The notes: a model not told the origin generated them from the sequence alone. 64,000 nucleotides of DNA from Candidatus Poribacteria bacterium (GCA_963663765.2 CAXXUA010000004.1:1024001-1088000), one strand, 5' to 3'. Shown: positions 30,452 to 41,733, numbered from the stretch's first letter. Made by a program: numbers and translations.

Positions 30452-32953
30452 CTATTTCAGTATCAACATCTTCCGTGTAGTTGAGACCTTGCCAGCAGTG
30501 AATGTATAGAAATACACGCCACTTACGACGGGTTCTCCTTGTGTGTTTTTGCCATCCCAATGGGCTGCAAGACTCTGATGGTGATAGGTGCCAATGGGTT
30601 GGTGTCCTAAGTCTAAGGTGCGTATCAACTTGCCATCTGCAGCATAGATTGAGATGCTGACATCTGAAGGCTGCGCCAACTGATACGGTATCCACGTTTC
30701 AGGGTTGAATGGGTTTGGATAGTTCGGTAAGAGTGCGGTTTCTTTGGGTGTCAGAGATGCAAGCAATTGCTCCAATACCAAAATACCCCGTTGGAAAGTA
30801 GGATCAGATAGGTTGAGTTGTCGCGCTGCCTGAAGCCACTGTTCCACTTGCGCTCTTGTAGGAGCGATCTCCGAATCACGACCCCATACCACAGGTGCAG
30901 ATGCTGTATTCCCAAACGCAGCTGCTACGAGTGTTAGATCAATAATATTGACACCCCCATCTCCATTGACATCAGCAACATTTTCGCCTGTTTTACCGAA
31001 GTTAGTGGCTACGAGTGTTAGATCAATAATATTGACGATACCGTCTTTATTGACATCTTCGGGGAGTCGCAGTGGTTTTGTAATTTCTGCGTTTGCTATA
31101 CTTGGTACCGCGGTATCACCAGTCTTATCTGTTAATAACACATCGAATAGTGTTACAGTAGAAGCTTTAAGTGCAACTACTTCAAATATGATTGTGGCAA
31201 GTGTGCCATCACCCATTGATTCTGTATTATATGCAGATGCTGCGAGTGTGACGCTATTACCTGAAACAACTGGTGTAATACGGTAAGATTCCGATGGTAG
31301 ATAATCTTCATTGGTACTATCAACATACTTCAGGGTTGTGTGATCAAAGAAGACAGTGGCTTGGTATCCGAAGACATTCTGTCCATCTGCAATGTTGAGA
31401 GAAAATGTGAGTTGTTCACCCACACTTGGAGATGCAACACTCGCAGGCGAGAGACTGACGGTGATGTTTGATGTTGGCGTAGGGTTGAGATCCCACAGCA
31501 GCACCGTACCGTCCCCACTCCCACTTGCAAGTAGGTTGCCTTTCGGACTGAACGCTACACTGTAGACCCAACCCGTATGTCCTTCGAGTTTTCTGATATG
31601 TGTACCTGTGTGTACATTCCACAACCGGACGGTGTGGTCATAACTGCTACTTGCGATGGTGTTACCATCCGGACTAAAAGACACGCTAAAGACCGTACCC
31701 GTATGTCCAATAAGCGTTCTGATATGCTCACCTGTACGTGCGTTCCATATATGAATATCATTAGAATTCCCACTGGCGATAGTGTTGCCATCCGGACTAA
31801 ACGCTACAGTACTGACACTTGACGCATTTCCTTCGAGCGTTTTGATATGTGCGCCAGTGTTTGCATTCCACAAACGGATAATGTTACCATCATACCCACT
31901 TGCGACAGAGTTGCCATCGGAACTGAACTTTACGCTTTTGACGCTATCCGTATGTCCTTCGATAGTTCTGATATGCTCGCCAGTATTTGCGTTCCATAGG
32001 CGAATGGTGTCGTCCTCGCTTCCACTTGCGATTGTGTTTCCATCCGAACTGAACGCAACACTATTGACATCCCCTGTATGTCCTTCAAATGTTCTGATAT
32101 ATTCTCCTGTATCTGTGTTCCACAACCGGATGGTATCGTCCCAACTTCCACTTGCGATTGTGTTTCCATCCGAACTGAACGCAACGCTATTGACATACCC
32201 TGTATGTTCTTCTATTGTCCTGATATGCTCGCCTGTATCTGTGTTCCACAACCGGATGGTTCTGTCATCACTCCCACTTGCGAGTGTGCTGCTATCCGAA
32301 CTGAACGCTACGCTATTGACATCCCCTGTATGTTCTTCGATTGTCCTGATATTCTCCCCTGTATCTGTGTTCCACAAGCGGATGGTTTTATCATCACTCC
32401 CACTTGCGAGTGTGCTGCTATCCGAACTGAACGCTACACTATTGACCCAATCCGTATGTCCTTCAAGTATTCTAATATGCTCCCCTGTGTTTACGTTCCA
32501 TAAACGGATGGTTTTATCATTACTCCCACTTGCGAGTGTGCTGCTATCCGAACTGAACGCTACACTATTGACATACCTTGTATGTCCTTCAAGTGTTCTG
32601 ATATACTCTCCTGTATTCGCGTTCCATAAGCGAATGGTTTTATCCTCACTCCCACTTGCGAGGGTGTTTCCATCTGGACTAAATGCTACACATAAGACAT
32701 TACTCGTATGTCCAGTTAATACGTTAAGTTCTTCACCTGTTTCTGCATCATAAATCCAAACACCTATGCTGCTTGCTACTGCCAACTTACTGCCATCTGG
32801 TGAGTACTTTACCTCTTCGACCATTCCTTTCCCGAGACGTGCTATTGCTCCTTCGGGTAGACCCCACTTTGTGTAGTCTTGGGCGGGGGTGTTGGTGGTA
32901 AAGGTTAATGTAATAAAAAGTGTTATCAAGATTGAATACAATATGTTTTTCAT
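30452..32953 (-). CDS. Secreted WD40-repeat protein with cohesin, dockerin and FlgD-Ig-like C-terminal domain
   Basis: About 10 GH...V..VAFS.DG..LASGS.D.TIRLW repeats; cohesin-like segment; DVNKDG.VNI.DL twice; LLPNYPNPFNPETWIP tail. Confidence 0.93.
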   Translation of the reverse strand: MKNILYSILITLFITLTFTTNTPAQDYTKWGLPEGAIARLGKGMVEEVKYSPDGSKLAVASSIGVWIYDAETGEELNVLTGHTSNVLCVAFSPDGNTLASGSEDKTIRLWNANTGEYIRTLEGHTRYVNSVAFSSDSSTLASGSNDKTIRLWNVNTGEHIRILEGHTDWVNSVAFSSDSSTLASGSDDKTIRLWNTDTGENIRTIEEHTGDVNSVAFSSDSSTLASGSDDRTIRLWNTDTGEHIRTIEEHTGYVNSVAFSSDGNTIASGSWDDTIRLWNTDTGEYIRTFEGHTGDVNSVAFSSDGNTIASGSEDDTIRLWNANTGEHIRTIEGHTDSVKSVKFSSDGNSVASGYDGNIIRLWNANTGAHIKTLEGNASSVSTVAFSPDGNTIASGNSNDIHIWNARTGEHIRTLIGHTGTVFSVSFSPDGNTIASSSYDHTVRLWNVHTGTHIRKLEGHTGWVYSVAFSPKGNLLASGSGDGTVLLWDLNPTPTSNITVSLSPASVASPSVGEQLTFSLNIADGQNVFGYQATVFFDHTTLKYVDSTNEDYLPSESYRITPVVSGNSVTLAASAYNTESMGDGTLATIIFEVVALKASTVTLFDVLLTDKTGDTAVPSIANAEITKPLRLPEDVNKDGIVNIIDLTLVATNFGKTGENVADVNGDGGVNIIDLTLVAAAFGNTASAPVVWGRDSEIAPTRAQVEQWLQAARQLNLSDPTFQRGILVLEQLLASLTPKETALLPNYPNPFNPETWIPYQLAQPSDVSISIYAADGKLIRTLDLGHQPIGTYHHQSLAAHWDGKNTQGEPVVSGVYFYTFTAGKVSTTRKMLILK

Positions 32954-32976
32954 TGTTATTTTCCTTATGTTGACTG

Positions 32977-35739
32977 CTACTTCAGTAGCATCATTTTCCG
33001 AGTAGCAGTAAATTCGCCTGCCGTGAGTGTGTAGAAATACACACCGTTTGCCACAGGTTCACCCTGTTGATTTTTGCCATCCCAATATGCAGCACGATTT
33101 TTGGCTTGGTACAGACCGGCTGGCTGCTGTCCCAAATCCAGTTTCCGAACAACTGTTCCATTAGCAGCATAAATCCTCAGCGTTACATCCGCATGCTTCG
33201 CCAGCTGAAAAGGTATCCATGTCTCTGGGTTAAATGGGTTTGGGTAGTTCGCGAGCAGTGCGTTTTTATCGGGTAAGGTAACCTGGACGGTGGGTGCTGA
33301 TTGTGTTTCGGTTACTTCAAAGCGAGTGATTTCAGTAAAATCATGGTAAACGGTGTTCCTTGCTTTGTCAGTAACACCTATTCCGATAACCCCCCAAACA
33401 CCAGGAAAACTGCCTTCCGGCAAGTAAATAGAACTCGTATATTTTTGATAGACATTTGGGGCATCTTGAAAATAGATTTCCTTTGTCCCGCTATAATTGT
33501 ATGGTCCCGAAATACTATATTCTCGTTCACCCCCCAACGGGTCTCTGATAACGATATGCCCTTTTTCAAACCCACTTATATCGTCTTTCACATAATACTC
33601 TACAGTGACAAACGTTTCACCATTTGGATTAATAGGATTTGTGGGTTCAGCATCAACGGTGATCCTGTTAACATCAAGTGTGGGCGGTGTCGTATCCGGG
33701 TTCTTCGTTTCTATTGTTACTTTATGTATCTGTTCATCAATATCAGGTAGCCAAGCATTCTCGTCATTTATAGCATCCGAAAAGTAGAGCCTTTTTAATT
33801 CATATACCCCTCCGGGCATATAATGTGGGATGAAAAAAGTTGATCTCAATGTCCAAATATCTCCCTCGTGCCTGAGTATATCAGCACGCACTGTCCAAAC
33901 TGAAGAACCACCAAGATCCCAACTCTTGCCGTATGCCAGTAGGTAGTTGTAGACCCCTGGACTAAAGTCCTCTTTTTCTGCTGGTTTTATATAAGTAGAC
34001 CCGCTGAGACGCTTATCCTCTTTTACTTGCCACGTTGCGGTTACGGCGTAGAAATGCTCGTTTTTAGCGGTGTATGCGTCTGATACTGTCAACTTTGCGG
34101 AATTCGGCACATATTCTGGTGGGTATAAGTCTTCGTATATGTTATCAATATATATTTTCAAGCCGAAGCCACCCGAATTATATCTTGTTAGCCTATTCAC
34201 ATCGTACGTTAACATCTGTGTTATTGTGTAGTCCCCTTTAGCATAAGACGAAGGCACATTCGTGCGTCCGCGCAATATATTGCTCTGACTCTGACGATAA
34301 GAAGTTTGCCCCTGGGCATCTACTGGACGTAATCGAACGACAAAGCGGAGAGGCCCCTCTCCACCTCCCTCTAAGTCGCCATCTAACAATTGAAATAGCA
34401 CACTCCCACCTGTTGAGTAATCCAATTCGTTTTCTGTATGGGTTTCTATTTCAATCTCAACGCGTTTAGTCCCTTCTGGTTCACCTGCCACTGTCACATC
34501 CACCCGGACGACTTCTCCGGGGTACACATAATCGGGATATAAGTTATAGACAACAAAGGTGAGGTCTTCACGTATTTGCGAAATATAGCGTGTGCCGTGC
34601 ATAATCCTGTTCTGTACAAACTCATACTTCGCAGGCGATCTTGACCTGAGTTTATCCGGTGTTACGATATAGTAAGCGATACTTTCTGCCATATCTTCAT
34701 TTGGATTTACGCCATGTGCGTAGTCGGACACGAATTCGGTCTGATTGGTTGTCATCCACCTTTCATCTTCATAATACCAACCACCAAGTTCTATCCAGTC
34801 TGCTTTGAGTTGCTCATCAAATAGATAAGTCCACAAGAAGTGTGCTTTTTCATGGAGAATTATCCGTTGTGTTTCGTGTGTGATCCCATCTATAAAAGCT
34901 TTGTCGGTAAACTCTATAAAGCCCTTCTCCGTATCTGCGCGTGCGGTGTATTTAACAAATGGATCGGGTGCCCGTCTGATAAGATATTTCAATCCATGTG
35001 TTACATGCATGCCTGAAGGATATTCTTCAAACATTACCATGATCCCCAGTATTTCTTCATAGGAAAATTTGCTAAACTTATCCGCAGGTTCATCTGTTAA
35101 TGCTTCGTAGTCTGGCACATGCACTGTAACACCATATCTTCTCTGTAGCATCTGATCTATCACAAGGTTTTGAATTCCCTTTCCTGGTATGTATGTAGAA
35201 AATCTGAGGACGGCTCGCCAAAGTCGCTTGGAAAATAATCGTCCTTGAATACCATCTATTTTTGCGACAAACGGATGAGCATAAGTGAATGCCTCTGATG
35301 CAATTGTTATCGTCCGAAGACTCCCACGTTCGACTGCCCCATCGGGCCCCAGGTCAATGTCTTGTACCACATGAGCATCACTTAACATCCAATAACTTGG
35401 GTTCTGCCTCCAAGGTGTAAACGAAACATTCTGTGTCACCTCTTGTAATGCCTGTAGTAGCAGATATGCTTTATCCTCATCCCATTCAGGCGATAAATAC
35501 ACTTCATACCAATCTGCTAATTTCAGACTCGCACTATCTGATATAGATGTTTTTATGTCAGTACCTTCTATTTCTACCTCTATCGGTTGGGGGACAAAAA
35601 CTGTTTCTTGCCCTGAAGGGACTTCATCTGTTGCCCAGTGATATGTTGTAGTTTCCCATTCAGCAATCGCCTGCCCTAATGCGGATACACCGATGAGGAT
35701 GATGAGAGTAACTACACCTCGTATTTTCTTCTTATTCAT
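32977..35739 (-). CDS. Secreted zinc metallopeptidase-like protein with FlgD-Ig-like tail
   Basis: Signal peptide; ILHEKAH...FVSDYA...NPNEDMAES; LLANYPNPFNPETWIP tail. Confidence 0.85.
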   Translation of the reverse strand: MNKKKIRGVVTLIILIGVSALGQAIAEWETTTYHWATDEVPSGQETVFVPQPIEVEIEGTDIKTSISDSASLKLADWYEVYLSPEWDEDKAYLLLQALQEVTQNVSFTPWRQNPSYWMLSDAHVVQDIDLGPDGAVERGSLRTITIASEAFTYAHPFVAKIDGIQGRLFSKRLWRAVLRFSTYIPGKGIQNLVIDQMLQRRYGVTVHVPDYEALTDEPADKFSKFSYEEILGIMVMFEEYPSGMHVTHGLKYLIRRAPDPFVKYTARADTEKGFIEFTDKAFIDGITHETQRIILHEKAHFLWTYLFDEQLKADWIELGGWYYEDERWMTTNQTEFVSDYAHGVNPNEDMAESIAYYIVTPDKLRSRSPAKYEFVQNRIMHGTRYISQIREDLTFVVYNLYPDYVYPGEVVRVDVTVAGEPEGTKRVEIEIETHTENELDYSTGGSVLFQLLDGDLEGGGEGPLRFVVRLRPVDAQGQTSYRQSQSNILRGRTNVPSSYAKGDYTITQMLTYDVNRLTRYNSGGFGLKIYIDNIYEDLYPPEYVPNSAKLTVSDAYTAKNEHFYAVTATWQVKEDKRLSGSTYIKPAEKEDFSPGVYNYLLAYGKSWDLGGSSVWTVRADILRHEGDIWTLRSTFFIPHYMPGGVYELKRLYFSDAINDENAWLPDIDEQIHKVTIETKNPDTTPPTLDVNRITVDAEPTNPINPNGETFVTVEYYVKDDISGFEKGHIVIRDPLGGEREYSISGPYNYSGTKEIYFQDAPNVYQKYTSSIYLPEGSFPGVWGVIGIGVTDKARNTVYHDFTEITRFEVTETQSAPTVQVTLPDKNALLANYPNPFNPETWIPFQLAKHADVTLRIYAANGTVVRKLDLGQQPAGLYQAKNRAAYWDGKNQQGEPVANGVYFYTLTAGEFTATRKMMLLK

Positions 35740-35749
35740 GAGTATTCTC

Positions 35750-37942
35750 CTAATCGAAGTTTTGTGCTACAATAATGAGATCTAATATATTGACAAACCC
35801 ATCGCCATTCAAGTCTGGTTCTGCTGCTTCAAAGGCATTTGCGACAATCACTAAGTCTTGTATGTTGACTACGCCATCCATATTGACATCTGGTGTGTTA
35901 TTGTTGGTTTCTATAGTGAGTTGTGGTAGTTTCCACAAAAGTACGGTGCCATCATTACTCCCACTTGCTAGTGTTTGCCCATCTGGACTGAACGATACAC
36001 TATTGACACTGCCAGTATGTCCCTCAAGTATGCCCATGCCCGTCTGCGTAGCTACATCCCACAAACGCACGGTGTTATCCTTACCCCCACTTGCGATTGT
36101 TTTGCCATCTGGATTGAACGATACACTATTAACAGCAGCGGTATGCCCCTCAAGTTTGCCTATTTCTGTCTGTGTATCCACATCCCATAGACGCAACGTA
36201 CGGTCGTTACTCCCACTTACAATAATTTTTTCATCTGGACTGAAAACAACACTATTGACCCATCCGGTATGTCCTCGAAGTATAGCTATTTCTGTCAGCA
36301 TATCCACATCCCACAAACGAACCGTGCCGTCAACACTTCCCGCAGTGGCGAGGGTGCGTCCATCTGGACTAAACGACCCACTTTGGACCTGCCCGATATG
36401 TCCCCAAAGTATACCTATTTCCGTATCCGTATCCACATCCCATAAACGCACATTTGGGCTTCCGTTATAAGGACTGTGATAACCGTGGCTGAGAATTGCA
36501 AGCGTGTGTCCATCCGGACTGAAAACAGCAATACTGACCCAGTGGTTCGGTATCTCTAGCCTGCGTATTTCTGTGTACGTAGCAGCATCTCGCAAACATA
36601 TCACCTGCTGCCCACACCTACTTAAGATTGTTTTTCCATCCGGACTGAACGATACATTTTCGATACCGAGCTCACTGCTGCCTATTTCTGTCATCGTCGC
36701 AACATCCCACATACGAAGGAAGCGAATGTAATTACCTCCATTCGCTGCGATTGTTTTTCCATCCGGACTGAACGATACACTTTGTACCGAATGCCCCCCA
36801 AGGAAGTTCCAGGTATGCTCATCATATATGGTTTCTATATTTTCTTTTTGTGCATCAACAAGTGCATCAACAACCCACAAGATGTCCCATAAATCTATGC
36901 CTGTACCTACTATCAGGTTGTTTGTTGTTACTTTCACATATTGAATATTTTCTTGCGTATTTACATTCAAGATACGGATGAGACTCGAACTATATGCAAA
37001 TGTTTTGCCATCCGGACTGAAAGATACACGCAAGATTGGCGAGAGGTTGCTCCTAAGTATATCTACTTCTGTCTGTCTAGCAACATCCCACAAACGCACC
37101 GTGCCGTCATTACTCGCGCTTACGATATTTTTTCCATCCGGACCAAACGCTACACTATTGACAGCACCAGTATGTCCTTCAAGTATAGCGATTTGTGTCT
37201 GTGTATCCACATCCCACAAACGCACCTTGCGATCAACACTTCCACTTGCGATTGTTTTCCCATCCAGGCTGAACGCGACACTCAAGACAGCATAGGTATG
37301 CCCTTCGAGAGTTCCTATTTCTGTTTGTGTTTCCACATCCCATAAACGCACAATATCGTCCTGACCACCCGTTGCAAGTGTTGTGCCATCCGGACTGAAC
37401 GATACACTCTCTAACGACCCGGTATATCCTTCAAGTGTGTGTATTTGCGTCTGTGTATCCACATCCCATAAACGTAGAGTGTTATCATTGTCCCGACTTG
37501 CAAGAGTGCGTCCATCCGGACTGAAAAATATACTATCTGGTCCCCCAGCATGCCCCTCAAGAGTTCCTATTTCTGTTTGTGTATCCACATCCCACAAACG
37601 CACGGTGTTGTCATTACCTCCACTTGCGAGGGTGCGTCCATCCGGACTGAACGCAACACGATCTACCGCCCCGGTATGCCCGGTCAGCAGGGAAAGTTCT
37701 TCACTTGTCTGTACATTATAAATCCATATACCGATCTGACTCGCCACAGCAAGCAACGTCCCATCTTGTGAACACGTTATATCATTTATCCCGCCTTTGC
37801 CGAGCCGCGCTTTTGCACCTTCGGGTAACACCCACTGTGTGTAGGGTTCATTTTCAGAAATCGTGTCGGATACATATATAAACATTGAAACGATCAAGAA
37901 TATCAGACTGAAAAATCCTGATAAACATCTTTGCATTTTCAC
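35750..37942 (-). CDS. Secreted WD40-repeat protein with dockerin-like C-terminus
   Basis: Many WD40 repeats; DVNMDGVVNIQDL and DLNGDGFVNILDL. Confidence 0.93.
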   Translation of the reverse strand: MKMQRCLSGFFSLIFLIVSMFIYVSDTISENEPYTQWVLPEGAKARLGKGGINDITCSQDGTLLAVASQIGIWIYNVQTSEELSLLTGHTGAVDRVAFSPDGRTLASGGNDNTVRLWDVDTQTEIGTLEGHAGGPDSIFFSPDGRTLASRDNDNTLRLWDVDTQTQIHTLEGYTGSLESVSFSPDGTTLATGGQDDIVRLWDVETQTEIGTLEGHTYAVLSVAFSLDGKTIASGSVDRKVRLWDVDTQTQIAILEGHTGAVNSVAFGPDGKNIVSASNDGTVRLWDVARQTEVDILRSNLSPILRVSFSPDGKTFAYSSSLIRILNVNTQENIQYVKVTTNNLIVGTGIDLWDILWVVDALVDAQKENIETIYDEHTWNFLGGHSVQSVSFSPDGKTIAANGGNYIRFLRMWDVATMTEIGSSELGIENVSFSPDGKTILSRCGQQVICLRDAATYTEIRRLEIPNHWVSIAVFSPDGHTLAILSHGYHSPYNGSPNVRLWDVDTDTEIGILWGHIGQVQSGSFSPDGRTLATAGSVDGTVRLWDVDMLTEIAILRGHTGWVNSVVFSPDEKIIVSGSNDRTLRLWDVDTQTEIGKLEGHTAAVNSVSFNPDGKTIASGGKDNTVRLWDVATQTGMGILEGHTGSVNSVSFSPDGQTLASGSNDGTVLLWKLPQLTIETNNNTPDVNMDGVVNIQDLVIVANAFEAAEPDLNGDGFVNILDLIIVAQNFD

Positions 37943-38220
37943 AAGTTACCTCAATTCAGGTTATCAAACATAAAGCTTAGACCGAGCCTGTGTCGGTGCT
38001 ACTTCCTATCACCAAATATAAAATACAACAACGACTCAAAGATATATCTATCAATATATCTTTTACCTTACTGAACATTAAACTCTGCGTCTTGCTTCTC
38101 CGCTTCACGAAACGGGTGTGTAAAGTTTTTGTCACAAGAATGTACTGAATACAGATCTTGCTTAGTATTAGGTAAAATGGTATCCTTCTAAAAAACCAAT
38201 TTTTATCTGAGAGGATACCA

Positions 38221-39628
38221 ATGTAAAGTATATCATTAGCAAGTTGTGAAGTCAAAGAGTTTAGAGAAGATGCAATCCATTTTGTAGAAAAGATCAATAA
38301 TGTTTTACACACCCTTAGTTCAGACAATCTTTATGTAGACGTTATGGAGATATTAGCCTTTGAGACGATGCGTTCGTTAGGTCAAATGATGTTAGAAATG
38401 GGTGTTCTCAAACATTCCGTTGAACAAGTTTTTGGATCTGTTGAATGTCCACAATGTCAACAAGCGTGTCGTCCGTATCGTAAAAGAGAACGCCATATTA
38501 CGACGCTATGTGGTGTTATTCGTGTTGACCGTTGGGTGTATCGTTGTGCTTCGGGTCATTATCATTTTCCGTGGGATACGAAAGAAAAGTTGAAAGGTCA
38601 GTACACACATCGTGTAGCTGAAGTGATGTGTCGTCTATCTGCGCGTCTTGACTTCAGGGAGGCATCAGAGGAGTTGTCTCGTCAAGGGATAGAAGTCAGT
38701 CGGACGACCCTCAATCAAAATGTGCGTGAATGGTCAAAAGCGTTGCGGGATTCACAACAAGTGGAAACACAAAAACTTGAGGCAAATCAGCGGTGGTATG
38801 TCAGTTGTGATGGCTGTTATACGAACTCACCGGATGGGTGGACTGAAGTGAAAGTAGGAAGTATTTATAGAGATTACCCGCACTATGGTTCTATTGCGAA
38901 AGCGAGTGTTAGAACGCCAAGTATTCGTTATGTTGCGACCCGTCATAATGCGGAAGACTTTGGTAAGGAGTTGTATGCGTTAGCCACCAACAGCGGTATC
39001 TATCAAGAAGATATAGATACACAAGAGGTTATCTTTATTAGCGATGGTGCTGCGTGGATTTGGAACTTAGCGGATGAATACTTCCCGAATGCCGTTGAGT
39101 TTGTGGATTATACCCAATTAACGTGAGTCGTCTTGCTAAGTGTGCGGTTAGGAAACCGCACCTACCGTTGAAAAAAGATAAATTACATTAATTTGGTATT
39201 ACATGCACGCCACATCTCATCTGTATAATGTTGCGAAACACGCCTTCGGTGAGATGGAAACAGAAGCGATAGAAGCCTGGATCAAAGCAACAGAACCGCT
39301 CCTTAACGATGGCAACATCACAGAAGTCGTTTCAAGCATCCGTGCCTTAGCCACACAGCACCCGGAAGTTTCAGATAGTTTAGAAAGAGAAGCAAGATAT
39401 TTTGAAAAACATGCAAAACGTATGCAATATAAAGTATTTAGAGAAAAAGGGTATCAGATCGGTAGTGGCGTAATTGAGAGTGCCTGTAAACATGTTGTTG
39501 GACAAAGATGTAAACAGGCTTCTATGAGATGGGAGAAACCGGGTATCAATGCTGTTCTAAGTTGGAGATGTCTGTTGAAAAATAATGCCTGGGACAGATA
39601 TTGGTATCCAGACACAAATGCCGCATAA
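38221..39628 (+). pseudogene. ISKra4-family transposase, disrupted
   Basis: CP.C zinc finger, DGA.WIW, DY|MHA..HL and IGSGVIESACK..V..R.K..MRW; TAA right after ATG 38221; split by the MITE at 39111-39198. Confidence 0.88.
39111..39198. mobile_element. 88-bp MITE inserted in the transposase, TTA TSD
   Basis: Removing it plus one TTA restores GTGGATTACATGCAC (VDYMH). Confidence 0.92.
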
Positions 39629-39667
39629 CGCTTAGTGACAAAAACTTTACACACCCAACATGACGGG

Positions 39668-40358
39668 CAGGGTTATTTTGTTTTAAGAGTTTTCTGTTAT
39701 TGAGATTTACTGAAAGTTAATACCCAGGTTTGATTTCCTAACGGAACTTTCAGCAGTTTTAGATTATTGAAACATGAACATCGCTCTTTAGTCCCGCCAA
39801 ATGCCATAAGGGGAATGCCTTAATGGCATTCATACCGTTGATTTGGCGCATTTGGCGTTGATTTGGTAGGGACGATATGTTTATAGAAACCGAATACCCT
39901 ACACAGCTCTTTAGTCCCGTAGGGACGATATGTTTATAGAAAACGAATACCCTCTACAGCTCTTTAGTCCCGTAGGGACGATATGTTTATAGAAAACGAA
40001 TACCCACCACAGCTCTTTAGTCCCGTAGGGACGATATGTTTATAGAAACCGAATACCCACAACAGCTCTTTAGTCCCGTAGGGACGATATGTTTATAGAA
40101 AAAGAATACCTTACACTGCTCTTTAGTCCCGTAGGGACGATATGTTTATAGAAACCGAATACCCACAACAGCTCTTTAGTCCCGCCAAATGCCATACGCG
40201 CATTTGGCGTTGATTTGGTAGGGACGATATGTTTATTCTTCTACGTCGTTCCTACGGAACTCAATTGGGGTGGAAAACATTTTCTATAAACATATCGTCC
40301 CTACGGGACTAAAGAAAACAAAAGTTTGTACCTCTGTGCAAAAACTTTACACACCCTG
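39668..40358. repeat. Composite MITE with ~50-bp tandem AGTCCCGTAGGGACG units
   Basis: CAGGGT/ACCCTG ends; 7 direct units plus one inverted unit; 34-nt and 36-nt inserts in the first and last units. Confidence 0.8.
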
Positions 40359-40379
40359 TATAGTGATTAAAGTAATTTC

Positions 40380-40408
40380 TTGACAAGCTTTAAGAAATAT
40401 ATTATCAT
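40380..40408 (+). promoter_or_regulatory. Sigma70-like promoter
   Basis: TTGACA-17 nt-TATCAT upstream of the BrnT gene. Confidence 0.55.
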
Positions 40409-40478
40409 AGATTTTACATCACAAAATAGAATATTGGAGATTGCATAAAGCAATTTCCTGCGGGACAGAGATGGGTAC

Positions 40479-40793
40479 GTGGAATTCGATAAGAACCTTA
40501 AATTTGAGTGGGACGAGAACAAGCAAACAAACAATGTAAAAAAACATAAAGTAACTTTCCATGAAGCAATGACAGTATTCTCATCTTCTCTATCATTAAC
40601 AGAAAACGATGATCTACACTCACAAGATAAAAAAAGATATAAAACTACTGGATATTCTGTTAAAAACAGATTGCTGGTTGTTATCCATACTGAAAGAGGA
40701 AATGTAATTCGCATAATCTCAGCTAGAAAAGCTAATAAATTAGAACAGAGAAATTACCATGAACACCTTAAAGAATACATACCGCCTAAATAA
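40479..40793 (+). CDS. brnT: BrnT-family (DUF497) ribonuclease toxin
   Basis: FEWDENK...N.KKH.V.F.EA..VF and RIISARKA.K.E...Y motifs. Confidence 0.9.
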   Translation: MEFDKNLKFEWDENKQTNNVKKHKVTFHEAMTVFSSSLSLTENDDLHSQDKKRYKTTGYSVKNRLLVVIHTERGNVIRIISARKANKLEQRNYHEHLKEYIPPK

Positions 40794-41733
40794 CTTAAAA
40801 TGGGACAGTAGATTAGTTAATGAACATAAAGGAAATCTTGTAGAAATCGCAGATTATATATCTGTTTTTAGGAAGCAGCCTTTCAAAGTAGGTGGATCAG
40901 AGAATAAACACCTTGATGTAGTCGTAAATACTTCAGATGGTGACACACCTGTCGCAACAGTATCTAAGTCATATTCTCTAGTTCAACATTCTGAGATACT
41001 TGAGATTATTACTAAAGCATTTGAAAATCTGGGATATAACATAGATGAAACCGAGTGCAACCTGTATTTAACAGAATACGGCGAGCGGATGTGGTTGAAA
41101 ATACAATTCTTGAAAGGATATATATTTGATCCAGGGGATGGCCATGTACTAATACCTCAGTTGCATGTTAGGAACTCTGTAGATGGAAATGCTCAATTAG
41201 CCTTTGAGTTATCTTGGTATAGACTTGTTTGTTTGAACGGGCTTATGTGTTTAGACACAGAAAGTAGATTTAGTAAGCGACACACAATGTCTTTAAATCC
41301 TGGATTACTTATTGAATATCTAAATGAAAACATCTCAAAAATTCAACGAGAAAAAGAAGTATATACAAAATGGAAACAGAAAGAACTAAATGCTGATATA
41401 GATGCAGAAATACTACAGAACTGGATTGACACTATAGTCTCTGATAGGTGGGGGCGCAGTAATGCTGAAAGAGTATATAGTATTATAGAAACAGGGCAAG
41501 ATGCAAAGATCACAAGATTCAAAGACAAAAAAACTGAAGAAAATAAAGATACTTATATGGTTAGAATTTCTTTGGAAGGTAATGTGCCTGGAGCACAACC
41601 TGCAGAAAATATCTATGATGTTGCTAATGCCCTTTCTTGGATTTCATCCCATCAGAATTCACTTCAGAAGCAATATAAAATGATGCTACAAGTTCCAAAG
41701 ATGTTAATGGATCTTGAGAAATCTCTTGAATAA
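40759..41733 (+). CDS. DUF932 domain protein
   Basis: VS..Y.LVQH.E, NS.DG and YRLVC.NGL motifs. Confidence 0.8.
   Translation: MNTLKNTYRLNNLKWDSRLVNEHKGNLVEIADYISVFRKQPFKVGGSENKHLDVVVNTSDGDTPVATVSKSYSLVQHSEILEIITKAFENLGYNIDETECNLYLTEYGERMWLKIQFLKGYIFDPGDGHVLIPQLHVRNSVDGNAQLAFELSWYRLVCLNGLMCLDTESRFSKRHTMSLNPGLLIEYLNENISKIQREKEVYTKWKQKELNADIDAEILQNWIDTIVSDRWGRSNAERVYSIIETGQDAKITRFKDKKTEENKDTYMVRISLEGNVPGAQPAENIYDVANALSWISSHQNSLQKQYKMMLQVPKMLMDLEKSLE

Larger units (their letters stand above)
38114..39656 (+). mobile_element. ISKra4-like insertion sequence (defective)
   Basis: Perfect 22-bp TIRs GGGTGTGTAAAGTTTTTGTCAC (38114-38135 and 39635-39656); AAC on both flanks. Confidence 0.88.

Noticed and set aside
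30948-37771. Long plus-strand ORFs opposite the WD40 genes
   Set aside because: Antisense shadows of repetitive coding sequence.
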